Assembly (NCBI GenBank): GCA_965214775.1
Contig: OZ243974.1
Location: forward strand, 2,336,001-2,400,000
Length of the DNA: 64,000 bases
From: Nitrosopumilus sp.
GTDB lineage: Archaea > Thermoproteota > Nitrososphaeria > Nitrososphaerales > Nitrosopumilaceae
Direction: 5' to 3'
The position numbers and the translations under genes were made by a program. The notes beneath the pieces are model-generated. The model saw only the letters and a program-made list of their open reading frames with translations, searched no databases and was not told where the DNA came from. Shown here piece by piece: positions 1-10,058 of this stretch. Each line of letters opens with the position of its first letter. Within the stretch, counting starts at the first letter, position 1.

Positions 1-305
1 GCATTCAAAAGATGCTTCCGGGCGCCATACACAGGCAGCCCCCAAAGAAGCCCAGGGACGGGGATCTTACTGCAACACAAAAGAGGCGCCGCAAGCAGAT
101 AAGCAGGGTTCGCGTCAGAGTGGAGCACCACATAGGGCGGCTCAAAAGATATGGCATTCTTACCATGCCGTTTGGCGGAACTGCCAAGGATCTCAATTAT
201 TTCATGCAGATAATCACGGGTCTTGAGAACCTCAAGACGATGTTGAAAAGGAAAAAACACTATGGCCAGCTGCTGCAGCAGCTGCATCTGCTGCCAGACA
301 CATGA
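1..305 (+). mobile_element. 3' end of IS5-family (ISL2-like) DDE transposase, cut by window edge
   Basis: PKKPRDGDLT...ISRVRVRVEHHIGRLKRYGIL matches the C-terminal E motif of IS5/ISL2 transposases. Confidence 0.8.
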
Positions 306-512
306 CATACGGCGGCACGGACCGCCATTCTTTCTGACTTGTCAAAGGGGCACATTGCCGTGCTGCATGGTTGCGCACGTTCTTTTGGCGCAACTGGCTT
401 TTACGTGCGTCATGACACGAGATGCATGCGGTAATTTGATCCGATCAGCGCATTTGCGTTTGGAAAAGCCTACGGAATTTTTAATCACGGTCGATTACGC
501 ATAAAGTCTAAT

Positions 513-743
513 ATGTCTCTTCAAAGCGAAATCTCTGAAATTCAGAGCGGTTTTGACTCCGTATCTTCTGAGAAATTTTTAGAGGTTTTGACTAAAATCA
601 AGCCTGAACTAAGGAGTCCGCTGACCTCAGAGTACCTTCAAGGCAAAATTGACAAAGCCATGTCTGAGCCTGATGAGACTGAGAAAAAGAAGCTGTGCAA
701 ATCTCTGATGCCTTATCTGGACTGGTATCAAAAAGGCCAGTGA
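513..743 (+). CDS. small hypothetical protein
   Basis: 76 aa ATG ORF with AT-rich upstream region and host-like composition. Confidence 0.7.
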   Translation: MSLQSEISEIQSGFDSVSSEKFLEVLTKIKPELRSPLTSEYLQGKIDKAMSEPDETEKKKLCKSLMPYLDWYQKGQ

Positions 744-751
744 CGCTATCC

Positions 752-2046
752 GGCGTTGTCCGGAATTTTTCCAGAAATCTACCGATAAGCTTATAGATCA
801 TAAGCGCAGGATGCGACAACCTTATGGATCATAGGATCGACGTCCCCGTATCAATGAAATCAAAGACCAACAAGAAGGAATCCAAGAAGGAATCCAAGAA
901 GGAATCCAAGAAGGAATCCAAGAAGGAATCCAAGAAGGAATCCAGCAAGGCCAGCAAGAAAAAAAAGTCAGAGTACACGAGACCTCCGGAATACTATGCC
1001 GAGTACGAGGAAAAAAGGAGAGAGGACAGCAAGAGGTGCGGCATCGGAATCAAAAAGATCCGCAAGATCCTCCTGTCCCTCCTCCATAACACAGAGCAAG
1101 AGGATGAAATTCCCTATCTTCTGTGCGTACTCGACATGGAGTACCGCGGAAACTCGTATCGCAGACACGTCGAATACATGGAGTCGAATCCTGGTTCAAC
1201 TAACATGTACGGGCTCAAAAAGGTTCCGGCCAAGTCGACACTGCATGATGCAGCCGTAAGGATAGCTGCCTGGGACAAGTCGGTGCTAAGATCGGTACTC
1301 TCAGAACAGGCAGGCGCAGACGCCAGGGGAACGTTGCTTGGCGACTCTAGCGGTTTCTCCATAATGAGATACCACACATGGGAGGACGCAAAGAAGGGCG
1401 TCATATCCAGGCAGATGTTTGCCAAGCTGCACATACTGTTGGCCCCGCACGGCAAGATTGCCGCCTGCGAGGTGACGCCGGGCGAATTCCATGATTCCCC
1501 GGTGTTCCGTAACGAGCTGCTACCGCAGGTTCCCAACGGCACAGGACACGTGATCCTGGATGCCGCATACGACTCGTATGAGAACTGCAGGGTCATAGCC
1601 GACGGAGGCAGAACCCCAGTGATATGTCCGCGTATAGGATATACGGTTCACGGGTTCAACGCCCGCTCCAAGATGCTAAGATGGCACAAAAAGGACCCCG
1701 AGGGATTCGAGAAGACGTACCACCAGCGCAGCCTCGTTGAGTCGGCCTTCTCGTCGATAAAGGCAAGGTTTGACTCCACGGTGCGCGCCATGTCGCTTCC
1801 GATGCAGTCGCTCAGGCTTACCCTCAAGGTATTCTGCTACAATCTGGTCAGCTAGGATCCATAATGCCGGTACGGTGGAATCGTCCGGCTAGCGGATGCT
1901 ATGCAGTATGACGTCAAAACACGGGCCATAACTGCACAATGCGGGCCGGAGTGCGGATTCGTCTCTATGTTTGCAGTCATTGCGCCATGATTTTGTACAA
2001 ATCTCCCCGGAAATCACGTCCTAAAATCACGATTCCGGACAACGCC
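752..2046 (+). mobile_element. complete IS5-like insertion sequence
   Basis: TIR GGCGTTGTCCGGAAT/ATTCCGGACAACGCC; 9-bp target duplication ACGCTATCC at 743-751 and 2047-2055. Confidence 0.92.
824..1855 (+). CDS. IS5-like DDE transposase with N-terminal KKES repeats
   Basis: GDSSG, LDAAYDS and YHQRSLVESAFSSIK motifs. Confidence 0.9.
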   Translation: MDHRIDVPVSMKSKTNKKESKKESKKESKKESKKESKKESSKASKKKKSEYTRPPEYYAEYEEKRREDSKRCGIGIKKIRKILLSLLHNTEQEDEIPYLLCVLDMEYRGNSYRRHVEYMESNPGSTNMYGLKKVPAKSTLHDAAVRIAAWDKSVLRSVLSEQAGADARGTLLGDSSGFSIMRYHTWEDAKKGVISRQMFAKLHILLAPHGKIAACEVTPGEFHDSPVFRNELLPQVPNGTGHVILDAAYDSYENCRVIADGGRTPVICPRIGYTVHGFNARSKMLRWHKKDPEGFEKTYHQRSLVESAFSSIKARFDSTVRAMSLPMQSLRLTLKVFCYNLVS

Positions 2047-2049
2047 ACG

Positions 2050-2475
2050 CTATCCTGAAAACTGCCCTATTTTCCTTAGTGCGTCGCCGATTGTTTTGAG
2101 ATCTTTTGCGGCTTCCTCCATATTGCCTACCAGTTTGACAAAATATTCGTGACCATAATCTTGAGCTTTATGGATGTCGGCCTCGTAGCACTGTAACGCC
2201 TTTTCTAAAAACGTGACTTCGTCAACCAGCTTACTTGTTGACCGGATGTCATCCAAGCTATTTTCGATTTTTTCAACCGTTCTGTCGATTTTTGGAACGG
2301 TTTTTACTGCCTGCTGGTAAAGTACTGAGGCAAACATTGCAGCCGTATCTTTTAGTTCTGGACTGTCTCCTAGCGTCTTTAATCGTTTTTTGTAGTGCCG
2401 CAGTGATTTTAGGACAATCTCGTATCCTCCTTCGTCCTTGAGAAATATTGCACCAAGCCATGCTTTTTCAGACAA
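2050..2475 (-). CDS. hypothetical protein
   Basis: 141 aa ORF, host-like composition. Confidence 0.7.
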   Translation of the reverse strand: MSEKAWLGAIFLKDEGGYEIVLKSLRHYKKRLKTLGDSPELKDTAAMFASVLYQQAVKTVPKIDRTVEKIENSLDDIRSTSKLVDEVTFLEKALQCYEADIHKAQDYGHEYFVKLVGNMEEAAKDLKTIGDALRKIGQFSG

Positions 2476-2742
2476 TTCACATGATCGTCTCTTTTATGCT
2501 ATAATTTTGTTGCCTCTTTGGCAGCGCTGGTATGGTTCCTGTGCCAAGGCACAGAACGGACTGGTGCCGCAGCAGACGCATGAGAAAATCGAAATTATTT
2601 TACAATGATTTCTGGCCGAAGAGATCAAAGATCAGCCAGATGTATGGTATCGCACATGTGCATGAGCAGCAAACAAACAAACAAGAAACACATCCCGAAG
2701 AAGAAAAAACATGTCTCTCCCAAACACGGGCCGTGCAGGCCC

Positions 2743-2911
2743 GGGATCTGATTCGAAACTAGAAACCGTAAATGTCGGGATTTTTACGTACGTTTGCCAG
2801 GTGATTTCACATACAGATAGCATGCCATTTGCAGGCATCTTGATCGGCTTAACGCAAGTTTGCTTATGCATGAACGATTCGAATCTGCTAATCGCTTCAA
2901 GCCGACTCTCT
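2743..2911. mobile_element. degenerate ISL2-type MITE
   Basis: Similar to the ~140-157 bp elements at 4530, 7409, 39939, 41772 and 46106. Confidence 0.55.
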
Positions 2912-3004
2912 GGACTCGAGTCTGGCAAACAAAGAAGGTCTTTTTTGTAAAGGCTGCAAATTCGTTATCGCAGTTGAGAAATACAAGCGAATGCTTTGGC
3001 ATGT

Positions 3005-3229
3005 CTAGACGTCATAATTTTCCTTAATCGGAGGTTCATTTCTGCTTATCAAAAATAGCATGATTCCTCCCAATGTGGCCCCCATCCCGCTTAATCCGAC
3101 AAACGTGCCAACATTCTTTACTAGTCTTAGGCTGGAATCCGTCTCCCCCAATCTGATCGAATAAAACATAATCAGGCCTAGAACAAGCATGCAAACTCCG
3201 ACAATTATGATTATTTTTCCAGTTTTCAT
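3005..3229 (-). CDS. small membrane protein (2 TM)
   Basis: Two hydrophobic segments in 74 aa. Confidence 0.7.
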   Translation of the reverse strand: MKTGKIIIIVGVCMLVLGLIMFYSIRLGETDSSLRLVKNVGTFVGLSGMGATLGGIMLFLISRNEPPIKENYDV

Positions 3230-3384
3230 ACTTTTTTACCTAATTGCTAACTAATAAACTCCAAATGTGGTTTTACTTGTTTTAGTGAAACACTATCTAA
3301 GCAAAATATACCGAAAAATTCGGTCACTTGCTGTCTCTAATTTCGAATCGTCACTAGGGAAGTTGTAAGAAAGATACCATCACC

Positions 3385-3480
3385 GGGGAAATCGTTATTG
3401 ACGGGCAGACTGGAGAGAAATACGATGTCAAGCGAAGAAGGGAAGGGGGAGAAGGAGCGAACTGCTTTTTGGATCCAACA
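3385..3480 (+). mobile_element. solo right-end remnant of IS481-like element
   Basis: Matches 24532-24612 (GTTATTGACGGGCAGAC...GCGAACT..TTT.TGGATCC.ACA). Confidence 0.7.
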
Positions 3481-4460
3481 GGCGAAAAACAAGGCAAGGG
3501 ATCTGTTGTTTGCCGATTGCCGCTTGCACAACTATCAGATCACATGTCCTGTCTGCGGCCGTTCCAGAAACGTTCAAAGAACTGATTTTTGGAGATCCTT
3601 AAGGTACCCAAAGACATCCGTATTTTTGATGCCAGACAAGTTGAATAAGATCACGTCGTTTCTCCGTACCCTGCCGGATTTTCTCATTATAGGGGCTGCC
3701 AAGTCAGGTACCACGTCGCTGTACAGCCTGATAAGCGCACATCCGCATGTGCTTCCCGCACGGGTCAAAGAAATACGATACTTTGCAAGCCCAAGAAACT
3801 ATCTGTTCGGCCTGTCATGGTACCGCAGTCACTTTCCGATCGTATTTCAGATGTGCTGCTCTGCCCTGCTGCACAGGCACCGGATGCAGACCGGCGAGGC
3901 CAACCCAATTAACATGTTTCACCAAGATGTTCCGGGCCGGGTTAAGGCCGCGCTTCCGAACGTCAGACTGATAGCCATACTGCGCAACCCCATCGACCGC
4001 GCCTATTCAGAATACAACATGCAGCTCAGAAAGGGGCACGAGTCGCTGACTTTTGAGGATGCAATAGACGCAGAGTGTAACAGGTCACTATCGGGTGGTG
4101 ATGGTGGGGGGGGGGGAGGGCGCGGCATCGGATCCTAGATCCGAGTACAACCTTCATCACTCCTATCTGGGCAGGAGCCGTTATGCGGAGCAACTGATCC
4201 GCTGGTACAAGCACTTTGACAGGAACCGGGTCCTGATCCTGACGACCGAGGATCTGGAGGACGACGTACAGGGCATGCTTGACAGGGTCTTTGGGTTTTT
4301 GGGACTGAAACCGTTTGAGGCCGACGATTCAGTCATGCTCAACCTGGGCAGCTATCAGCCGATGAGACGCGACACGCGCAGGATACTAGTTGACTATTTT
4401 CGTCCGCACAACGAACGACTGTCCAATCTTTTGTCGCGTGGATTTGATTGGGATCGGTGA
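3398..4460 (+). pseudogene. PAPS-dependent sulfotransferase, frameshifted at a G11 tract
   Basis: PDFLIIGAAKSGTTSL and LRNPIDRAYS in ORF 3398-4138; C-terminus (YFRPHNERL..LL...FDW) in ORF 4095-4460; true start probably downstream of 3398. Confidence 0.85.
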
Positions 4461-4529
4461 CCCGTGTCGAGTAGAATGCAATCCAAGCCGCATGCCGGAG
4501 TGGACTCTAATCCTTCATGTACCATGTCA

Positions 4530-4686
4530 AGAGATGGTTCGAAATTAACAGATTCGGATCATGCATAAACAAACTTGCCTCAAATCGATTAAAATACACA
4601 CAAATGACATGTTATCTGTCAAATGATTTGGCAAACGTACAGAAAAATTCGGTCACTTGCTGTCTCTGATTTCGGATCACCTCTCT
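4530..4686. mobile_element. ISL2-type MITE
   Basis: Imperfect TIR AGAGATGGTTCGAAATTA/TGATTTCGGATCACCTCTCT; multicopy. Confidence 0.75.
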
Positions 4687-4747
4687 ACCGTCCATGATAC
4701 ATGCTATGCATTTCCTCTGCAACATCTATTCGTAACATCCCTGACTC

Positions 4748-4857
4748 GTAACAGAATATCTCCTAGCCGGAGTTGAAGTCGTCTCCTTTGCCTGCCAAAC
4801 ATGAAAATCACAACTGCAGGCAAACGTGTGTCTGATTGCTGCCTAGGCAGGGGTCAT
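4748..4857. mobile_element. IS66-like MITE (degenerate)
   Basis: GTAACAG start and shared core ATGAAAATCACAACTGCAGGCA...GATTGCTGCCTAGGCAGGGG. Confidence 0.65.
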
Positions 4858-5595
4858 CATATTGCTCTGACTCTGGAAGTTCAGGCACGAATTTTGATAC
4901 CAAAAAAGGGCCTTCAAACAGAATTCATGCCTAAACTCAGAAATGGATTCTATAGTCCGAACTGTTACGTCTATTCCTGCATTTTTCAATCCTTTTATCA
5001 CCTCCACGCGGATCATTCCCTGGAGGATCATCATATGCAACCATCTATCAGTGTGCAAAGCACAAAGCAAAAGCACCTTGATTTTACCCTTCAAAAACTA
5101 GTGTGCAAAACACATGTCTTGTTGAGGATTGATCCGTCATCATAGCTACGGCAAGAATGTTTTATCCTGTATTCAAAAACGATCCTTTTGGCTCACATTT
5201 GGCCTAGCTGGCTGATGCAGAAAAACTAAAAAATCGATCAAAACCCAAGAACAAGATTTGATCAAAGCCAAAGAAAATCGCTTAACTCCTACCATTGCAG
5301 TATCTAAAGAAAAAGAAAATATCGCTAAAAAATCTTGGAGGAAAAAACTAGATTAAAATCTCAAACCTGTATTTTCAACCATTCGAGAAAAGAAACAAAA
5401 ATCCAATGAATCATTGAGAAAGAAACGCAAAAAAAACTGAGGCCCAAACTAAATTTAAAAATCAGAGATTAAGTGCAACAACAAAAAATCAAGAGGCAAT
5501 TGCCGAAAAGGACAAAAAACTAAAATCTCTAAAAACCCCCAAACACGTTAAACCGAAAACCACAAAAAAAGACTTTTATCAAAAAGCCAAAGAAA

Positions 5596-6210
5596 TCACC
5601 CCGTCTTTATTGTGATTTCCTCGCCGTTGCCAATTGGCAATGTGACGGTTCGGACGTTTTGGTGTTTTTTAACGTGTTCGGCATACCTTGACATGTGTTC
5701 TTTGTATTTTTCTGGATACAACATGTTGTCTGTCATGATGACCCCTCCTATTGACACCATGGGTAATATCAAATCAAAATAGTCCGTGACACTTTCCTTG
5801 TCTGCATCAATCAGCACAAAATCAAAAAATTCTTGAAATTTTTCTTGGTCAAATTCTGATAAAATTTCTTTGGCAGCTCCATTTCTTATTGTGATGTTTT
5901 GAGAAACTCTGGCATCTTCAAAGTTTTTTTCTGCCCTTGCTATCTTGTCGGGGTTTTGCTCTATCGTGATAATTTTTCCCTGATTTTCTAAAATTGCTTC
6001 GGCACACCAGATAGTTGAATATCCTGCTGACATTCCTACCTCGAGAACGTTTTTGGCATTTTTTAGCCGTAAAATCATGTTCAGCAGCTCGCCTGTCTCC
6101 TTGGTTATGGCCAGCATTCTATCGTCCGGTGAGACAGCGACTTTTCTTGATTTTTCCAACTGTGACTGTTTTTCTAATCTGTCTAGTACCTTGGAGATAT
6201 CTGAATTCAT
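5596..6210 (-). CDS. class I SAM-dependent O-methyltransferase
   Basis: VLEVGMSAGYS, FDFVLIDADKE and GGVIMTDN motifs. Confidence 0.9.
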   Translation of the reverse strand: MNSDISKVLDRLEKQSQLEKSRKVAVSPDDRMLAITKETGELLNMILRLKNAKNVLEVGMSAGYSTIWCAEAILENQGKIITIEQNPDKIARAEKNFEDARVSQNITIRNGAAKEILSEFDQEKFQEFFDFVLIDADKESVTDYFDLILPMVSIGGVIMTDNMLYPEKYKEHMSRYAEHVKKHQNVRTVTLPIGNGEEITIKTG

Positions 6211-6304
6211 GTTTGATCCATGTTTTTAAATAATTTAATCCTGCTTGATTTTTTCAAGTAATTATATTATAGCTTATATTTAGTGTAGAAATTTTTCTGA
6301 TTGT

Positions 6305-6685
6305 ATGGCTGGAAAGAAAAAAGTCGATTTACTAGAAATTGTTCAAGAAATCCTCAATCTAGACTCTAAGATGAGATTTACCGCAATCATTGATCCAAAA
6401 GGAAACATCAGAGAAGCCATTATGAAGACAGGCAAGACCAATCTAAAAAGCCAAAAAGAGGAAGAGCACTTTTGCAGACAGGTTGCCCAAAGAAGAAGCA
6501 TGAGAAAAGAATTTGATCGTTCTCTTGGAAAAGTCAGATATGTCCATGTCGAAAGAGAAAAAGTTTCACAGATGGTCATCTACACGAAAAGAAACATCGT
6601 ATACTTTACTATGGAACCTGAGATGCCCATAGACACAAAAATTCGCTTAATTACTAAAATTAAAAAAATTACTGCCGATATCTAG
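6305..6685 (+). CDS. roadblock-like conserved thaumarchaeal protein
   Basis: MRFTAIID.KG...FDRSLGKVRYVHVEREKV pattern. Confidence 0.7.
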   Translation: MAGKKKVDLLEIVQEILNLDSKMRFTAIIDPKGNIREAIMKTGKTNLKSQKEEEHFCRQVAQRRSMRKEFDRSLGKVRYVHVEREKVSQMVIYTKRNIVYFTMEPEMPIDTKIRLITKIKKITADI

Positions 6686-6695
6686 TCTTTAGACC

Positions 6696-6825
6696 GGGGT
6701 TGTTTCCTAATTCCACCTGCCTGACTCAGTCTGTATGTTTTTCTGAATTTTTGCCCTTTTGCGCGCCTGATCCATGTGGCATTCCAGCGGTTTTCAGGAA
6801 TTCCGGCGAATTAGGAAACAGCCCC
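6696..6825. mobile_element. 130-bp MITE of IS5-like family
   Basis: TIR GGGGTTGTTTCCTAATT; 9-bp TSD CTTTAGACC; copies at 47714 and 48501. Confidence 0.9.
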
Positions 6826-7002
6826 CTTTAGACCGTCTGATTTCTTTTGAATGCCATATGTTTTTCAAAGCATCATTCTGAAGGCTCAAACGTTGAACGT
6901 GGAAAAACACTATCATGACTGCCAGCAGCTCAACAAACCTTTCATAAAAGCCAAGGCAAATCCAAAACACCAGTAGACGCTATGTGAAACCTTGTCCGTA
7001 TC

Positions 7003-7101
7003 CTGTGATATGACGTCATTGTTGGGTCTGAGAGAGCTGCCGATGTGGGTGTTGAGTGCGGCCTGTCTGCTGTGATATGACGTCATTGTTGGGTCTGAGA
7101 G
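7003..7101 (+). repeat. two 32-bp direct repeats with a 35-bp spacer
   Basis: CTGTGATATGACGTCATTGTTGGGTCTGAGAG at 7003-7034 and 7070-7101. Confidence 0.9.
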
Positions 7102-7240
7102 CCGATCGGTACTTGCTATGTACAAAGATGCTAGGCAGGCTGACTTGCAACAGCAACAGGCAGAAGGCAACATGCCGTGCAGACGGCGAATGGGACATTC
7201 CTCCCGGATCAGGAATTCTGATCAAGCAGTAGGCAATAGC

Positions 7241-7393
7241 ATGATCAACGCGGGAATAGGCGTAGACAAAAAGAAGTGCGTTGCAGCAACAAAGGACAAT
7301 TCGGGCAACTGCTTCCCAAGTGTTTCATCTTTGAGAACGGTGTTTTTGCAACAACGGACTCTGCAACAAACCTCAAGACAAAACCCGGGATAA
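7241..7393 (+). pseudogene. IS110-family transposase N-terminal remnant
   Basis: MINAGIGVDKKKCVAATKD resembles the GIDvxK first strand of the DEDD domain. Confidence 0.5.
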
Positions 7394-7408
7394 TTGCCAA
7401 TCAGGGAA

Positions 7409-7563
7409 AGAGGGTTGGTTCAAAATTCAGACTCGGATACGTATAAACAAATTCACCTACACACAAATCGATTAAAATTCCTACAAACTGCATTGTCTGC
7501 AAAATAACTTTGACAAACGTACAGAAAAATCCGGGCATTTGCTTTCTGATTTCGGATTCTCCC
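7409..7563. mobile_element. ISL2-type MITE
   Basis: Homologous to 4530-4686. Confidence 0.65.
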
Positions 7564-7787
7564 AATGTCCATTTTTTTAAATAGGCGCCCTGGTGTCTTC
7601 AGTAGTTGAAAATGTACATTATGTATGCCACCTGTGTGGTGGCGCCTCCATCCATCCACGGCTCTGCACACATGGGATTCCGCATGCCAGAACCACGTGA
7701 GACAGCTGCTCTGGTGAACAAAAGTACATTTTCAACTACTGTGTCTTGATTATATACATTAATATCCTAATTTACAATACAAAACGT

Positions 7788-8063
7788 ATGAAAATCCTGA
7801 TTGACGAAATGGATGACGGATGGGATGAAAAGCTCAACGATTTGGGACATGATGCATATAGCGTTAAAAAATTACGCATGGAGGGGCACAAGCTTGGATC
7901 TGACTATTCTGTGATAAATTATGCAAAAGAAAACGGCATGATTTTGGTTACCCGTGATAAGGAAAACGGCAAGGCTTGTCAGGAAAGTGGTTTGCCACAC
8001 ATATGGTTGACCGATGATTATATTTTCAAACTAGTTGTTGAAAAATTAAAAAATCTTAGTTGA
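7788..8063 (+). CDS. PIN-like (DUF5615/Mut7-C type) protein
   Basis: MKILIDEM...SDYSVINYAKENGMILVTRD. Confidence 0.8.
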   Translation: MKILIDEMDDGWDEKLNDLGHDAYSVKKLRMEGHKLGSDYSVINYAKENGMILVTRDKENGKACQESGLPHIWLTDDYIFKLVVEKLKNLS

Positions 8064-8622
8064 GATTTTCTGAATTAATCTGATCTATTCTCAAGTTTGC
8101 CAATACTTCGTTCAAAAACGCCTCTTCTGTTTGATGTGAAATGATGTCCATTATTGCATGCCAACAGTCGTCAATTTTTCTGTTAATTTGGGGAAACATC
8201 TTGTCTTTTCTGAACGCAGGATAAAACGACAATAACCTCATGATTCCATCCGTCGACTGCACAATGTGGATAAAGTGAATGACCGATCTTAGCCTTTCAT
8301 AAAACGTAAATTTTTCTTCCCTGGTCAAGCCGTCAAACCTCAGAATTTCCTCTAAAACCATCTCTGCTTCTCTATGCATGTTCTTGAGCTGATTGTTTAT
8401 TGATTCGTACAAATTGATCAGTTCATACTCGATGTGGGATCTGTCGTGAACTTTTCTCTCTATTTCTCCTGATTCTACCAACGCGCTGATTTCTCTGTAA
8501 ACCGTTTTCTCATTTCCGACTTTTTTGATGACTCTTTTTGCAAGATCAGTCCCCCTGGTCTTGCCGTTTTCATTTAGTATTCGAATAATCTCGGTTCTTA
8601 TGATCTCTGAATTCTTGTCCAT
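8056..8622 (-). CDS. winged-helix domain protein
   Basis: N-terminal IIRIL...TVYREISALVESGEIE. Confidence 0.7.
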   Translation of the reverse strand: MDKNSEIIRTEIIRILNENGKTRGTDLAKRVIKKVGNEKTVYREISALVESGEIERKVHDRSHIEYELINLYESINNQLKNMHREAEMVLEEILRFDGLTREEKFTFYERLRSVIHFIHIVQSTDGIMRLLSFYPAFRKDKMFPQINRKIDDCWHAIMDIISHQTEEAFLNEVLANLRIDQINSENLN

Positions 8623-8633
8623 GGCAACTCCTC

Positions 8634-8903
8634 CTAGCTTCTCTGATATTTCTGAATCACTGCATTTTGCCCAGTCTCGTTAATTTCCCTTACTAATTCC
8701 TCTAGAATCATGATCCCTTTTTTGATTGGCTCTTTTTTGATATTTTTGTGCTCCAGTCTCTGTTTCAAAGCTGCTTTTTCGTTATTGACAAAGCCTAGCA
8801 GGGTGACACTGTCTCCCATGTTCAAATTTATGAAAAAATCAACGTACTCTTCTGTCGATTGAATTCCCATACGGTTTGCATCCTTATCTGGTATTTGATT
8901 CAA
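8634..8903 (-). CDS. hypothetical protein
   Basis: 89 aa ORF co-oriented with the downstream gene. Confidence 0.65.
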   Translation of the reverse strand: MNQIPDKDANRMGIQSTEEYVDFFINLNMGDSVTLLGFVNNEKAALKQRLEHKNIKKEPIKKGIMILEELVREINETGQNAVIQKYQRS

Positions 8904-8946
8904 ACACTTGACCTAGGTTTATTTACAATTCTGACCATGATGATGC

Positions 8947-9198
8947 ATGGACAGCTGTGATAGGCGGGTTCGTGCCTACAAAAATGGAAAAACCATGGAA
9001 GAGTGCAAGCAGATTGCCGAATCCATGAATCCGGATTTTAAACTCCAAATCCAAAAAAACGGAAAGATTCTGTGGACTGAGATTTTGGAGCAGGTTGACC
9101 ATGACGAACTGCTTTACAAACTAACGCTCAAATATCTGCGGCGAGACGGCTATGACATAGGAAACCATAAGATTCCTGAGGTCAAAAAACTTACTTAG
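8947..9198 (+). CDS. hypothetical protein
   Basis: 83 aa ATG ORF, host-like composition. Confidence 0.7.
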   Translation: MDSCDRRVRAYKNGKTMEECKQIAESMNPDFKLQIQKNGKILWTEILEQVDHDELLYKLTLKYLRRDGYDIGNHKIPEVKKLT

Positions 9199-10024
9199 CA
9201 GAACCTATCTTGCAGCTGCCGTCGGGATTTCTTAACTTTCTTGCCATCACAAACGGTATTGCAAGCAAGACTGGTACTGAAACTGCAATAAACAATGTTT
9301 GCATCTGTGCTAGTGCAATTGATAGCGCTATTCCGCTTGCCGTGCCTATGAATATGGAAAGAAACGTCCCCGCACATGTTGGACATGCTATAAACAATCC
9401 TGTGGCAGCACCTATGGTGCTCATCCCGCTCCCTTTTTTGGAAACTGCGTATGCATTAGCAGCAACTGACGCGTTTAGTGCCACCAAATAAGACACAATC
9501 ACTTGCAAGACCAGGTTGATTGGGATTATCTGCAGTCCTACGTGTTCAGTCAGATATATGATTATTTTTGGCATGTATCCGGGACCGTCACAGCATGGCG
9601 CAATGAAGCCAGATGGAATGGAAGCCCCGTAGTGTGTGACAAAATTCACTTCCGGTTGGTAGACCAGCGTTCCTGAAACCAGTGAAAAAAATATCCCGTA
9701 CCCGATAAAAGTTGCCACAAATATTTTTCTTGACTTTGAATTCCACGTGGCAATTGCAATAATTGCAAACAGGTCCGTTCCATTTGATCCTGCCTTTCCT
9801 TTGTGATACCTGTACATTCCAAGCGCAATGGCGCCAAATGACGCAATAAGCGTAATGTAGAACCCGATTGCAATTCTCTGTATCGTTTCAAGCGCACTTG
9901 GTGTCATCAATCCCGGATCCTGGTACCTGCCATAGATTAGAAATATGATGGCAATGGCAACAAACCCTAAGATGATGAGTTTTTTGCCTTTGGATACAGC
10001 GGCACTTGCCTGTGATTTGTCCAT
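9191..10024 (-). CDS. multi-pass membrane protein with CPTC motif
   Basis: Several TM segments; CC and CPTC cysteines. Confidence 0.8.
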   Translation of the reverse strand: MDKSQASAAVSKGKKLIILGFVAIAIIFLIYGRYQDPGLMTPSALETIQRIAIGFYITLIASFGAIALGMYRYHKGKAGSNGTDLFAIIAIATWNSKSRKIFVATFIGYGIFFSLVSGTLVYQPEVNFVTHYGASIPSGFIAPCCDGPGYMPKIIIYLTEHVGLQIIPINLVLQVIVSYLVALNASVAANAYAVSKKGSGMSTIGAATGLFIACPTCAGTFLSIFIGTASGIALSIALAQMQTLFIAVSVPVLLAIPFVMARKLRNPDGSCKIGSAK

Positions 10025-10058
10025 GCCTATGAGGTTTTTTGATGAAATTAAATTCTAT

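Noticed and set aside
4801-5145. ORFs beginning MKITTAG (also 33496 and within 41807)
   Set aside because: They start inside the IS66-like MITE core; spurious ORFs.
5215-5590. A-rich, Lys-rich-looking stretch as a gene
   Set aside because: Interrupted by stops in all frames; at most an unidentifiable decayed coiled-coil gene.
7003-7101. CRISPR array call
   Set aside because: Two repeats only and no cas genes in the window; kept as a repeat and possible guide-RNA finding instead.
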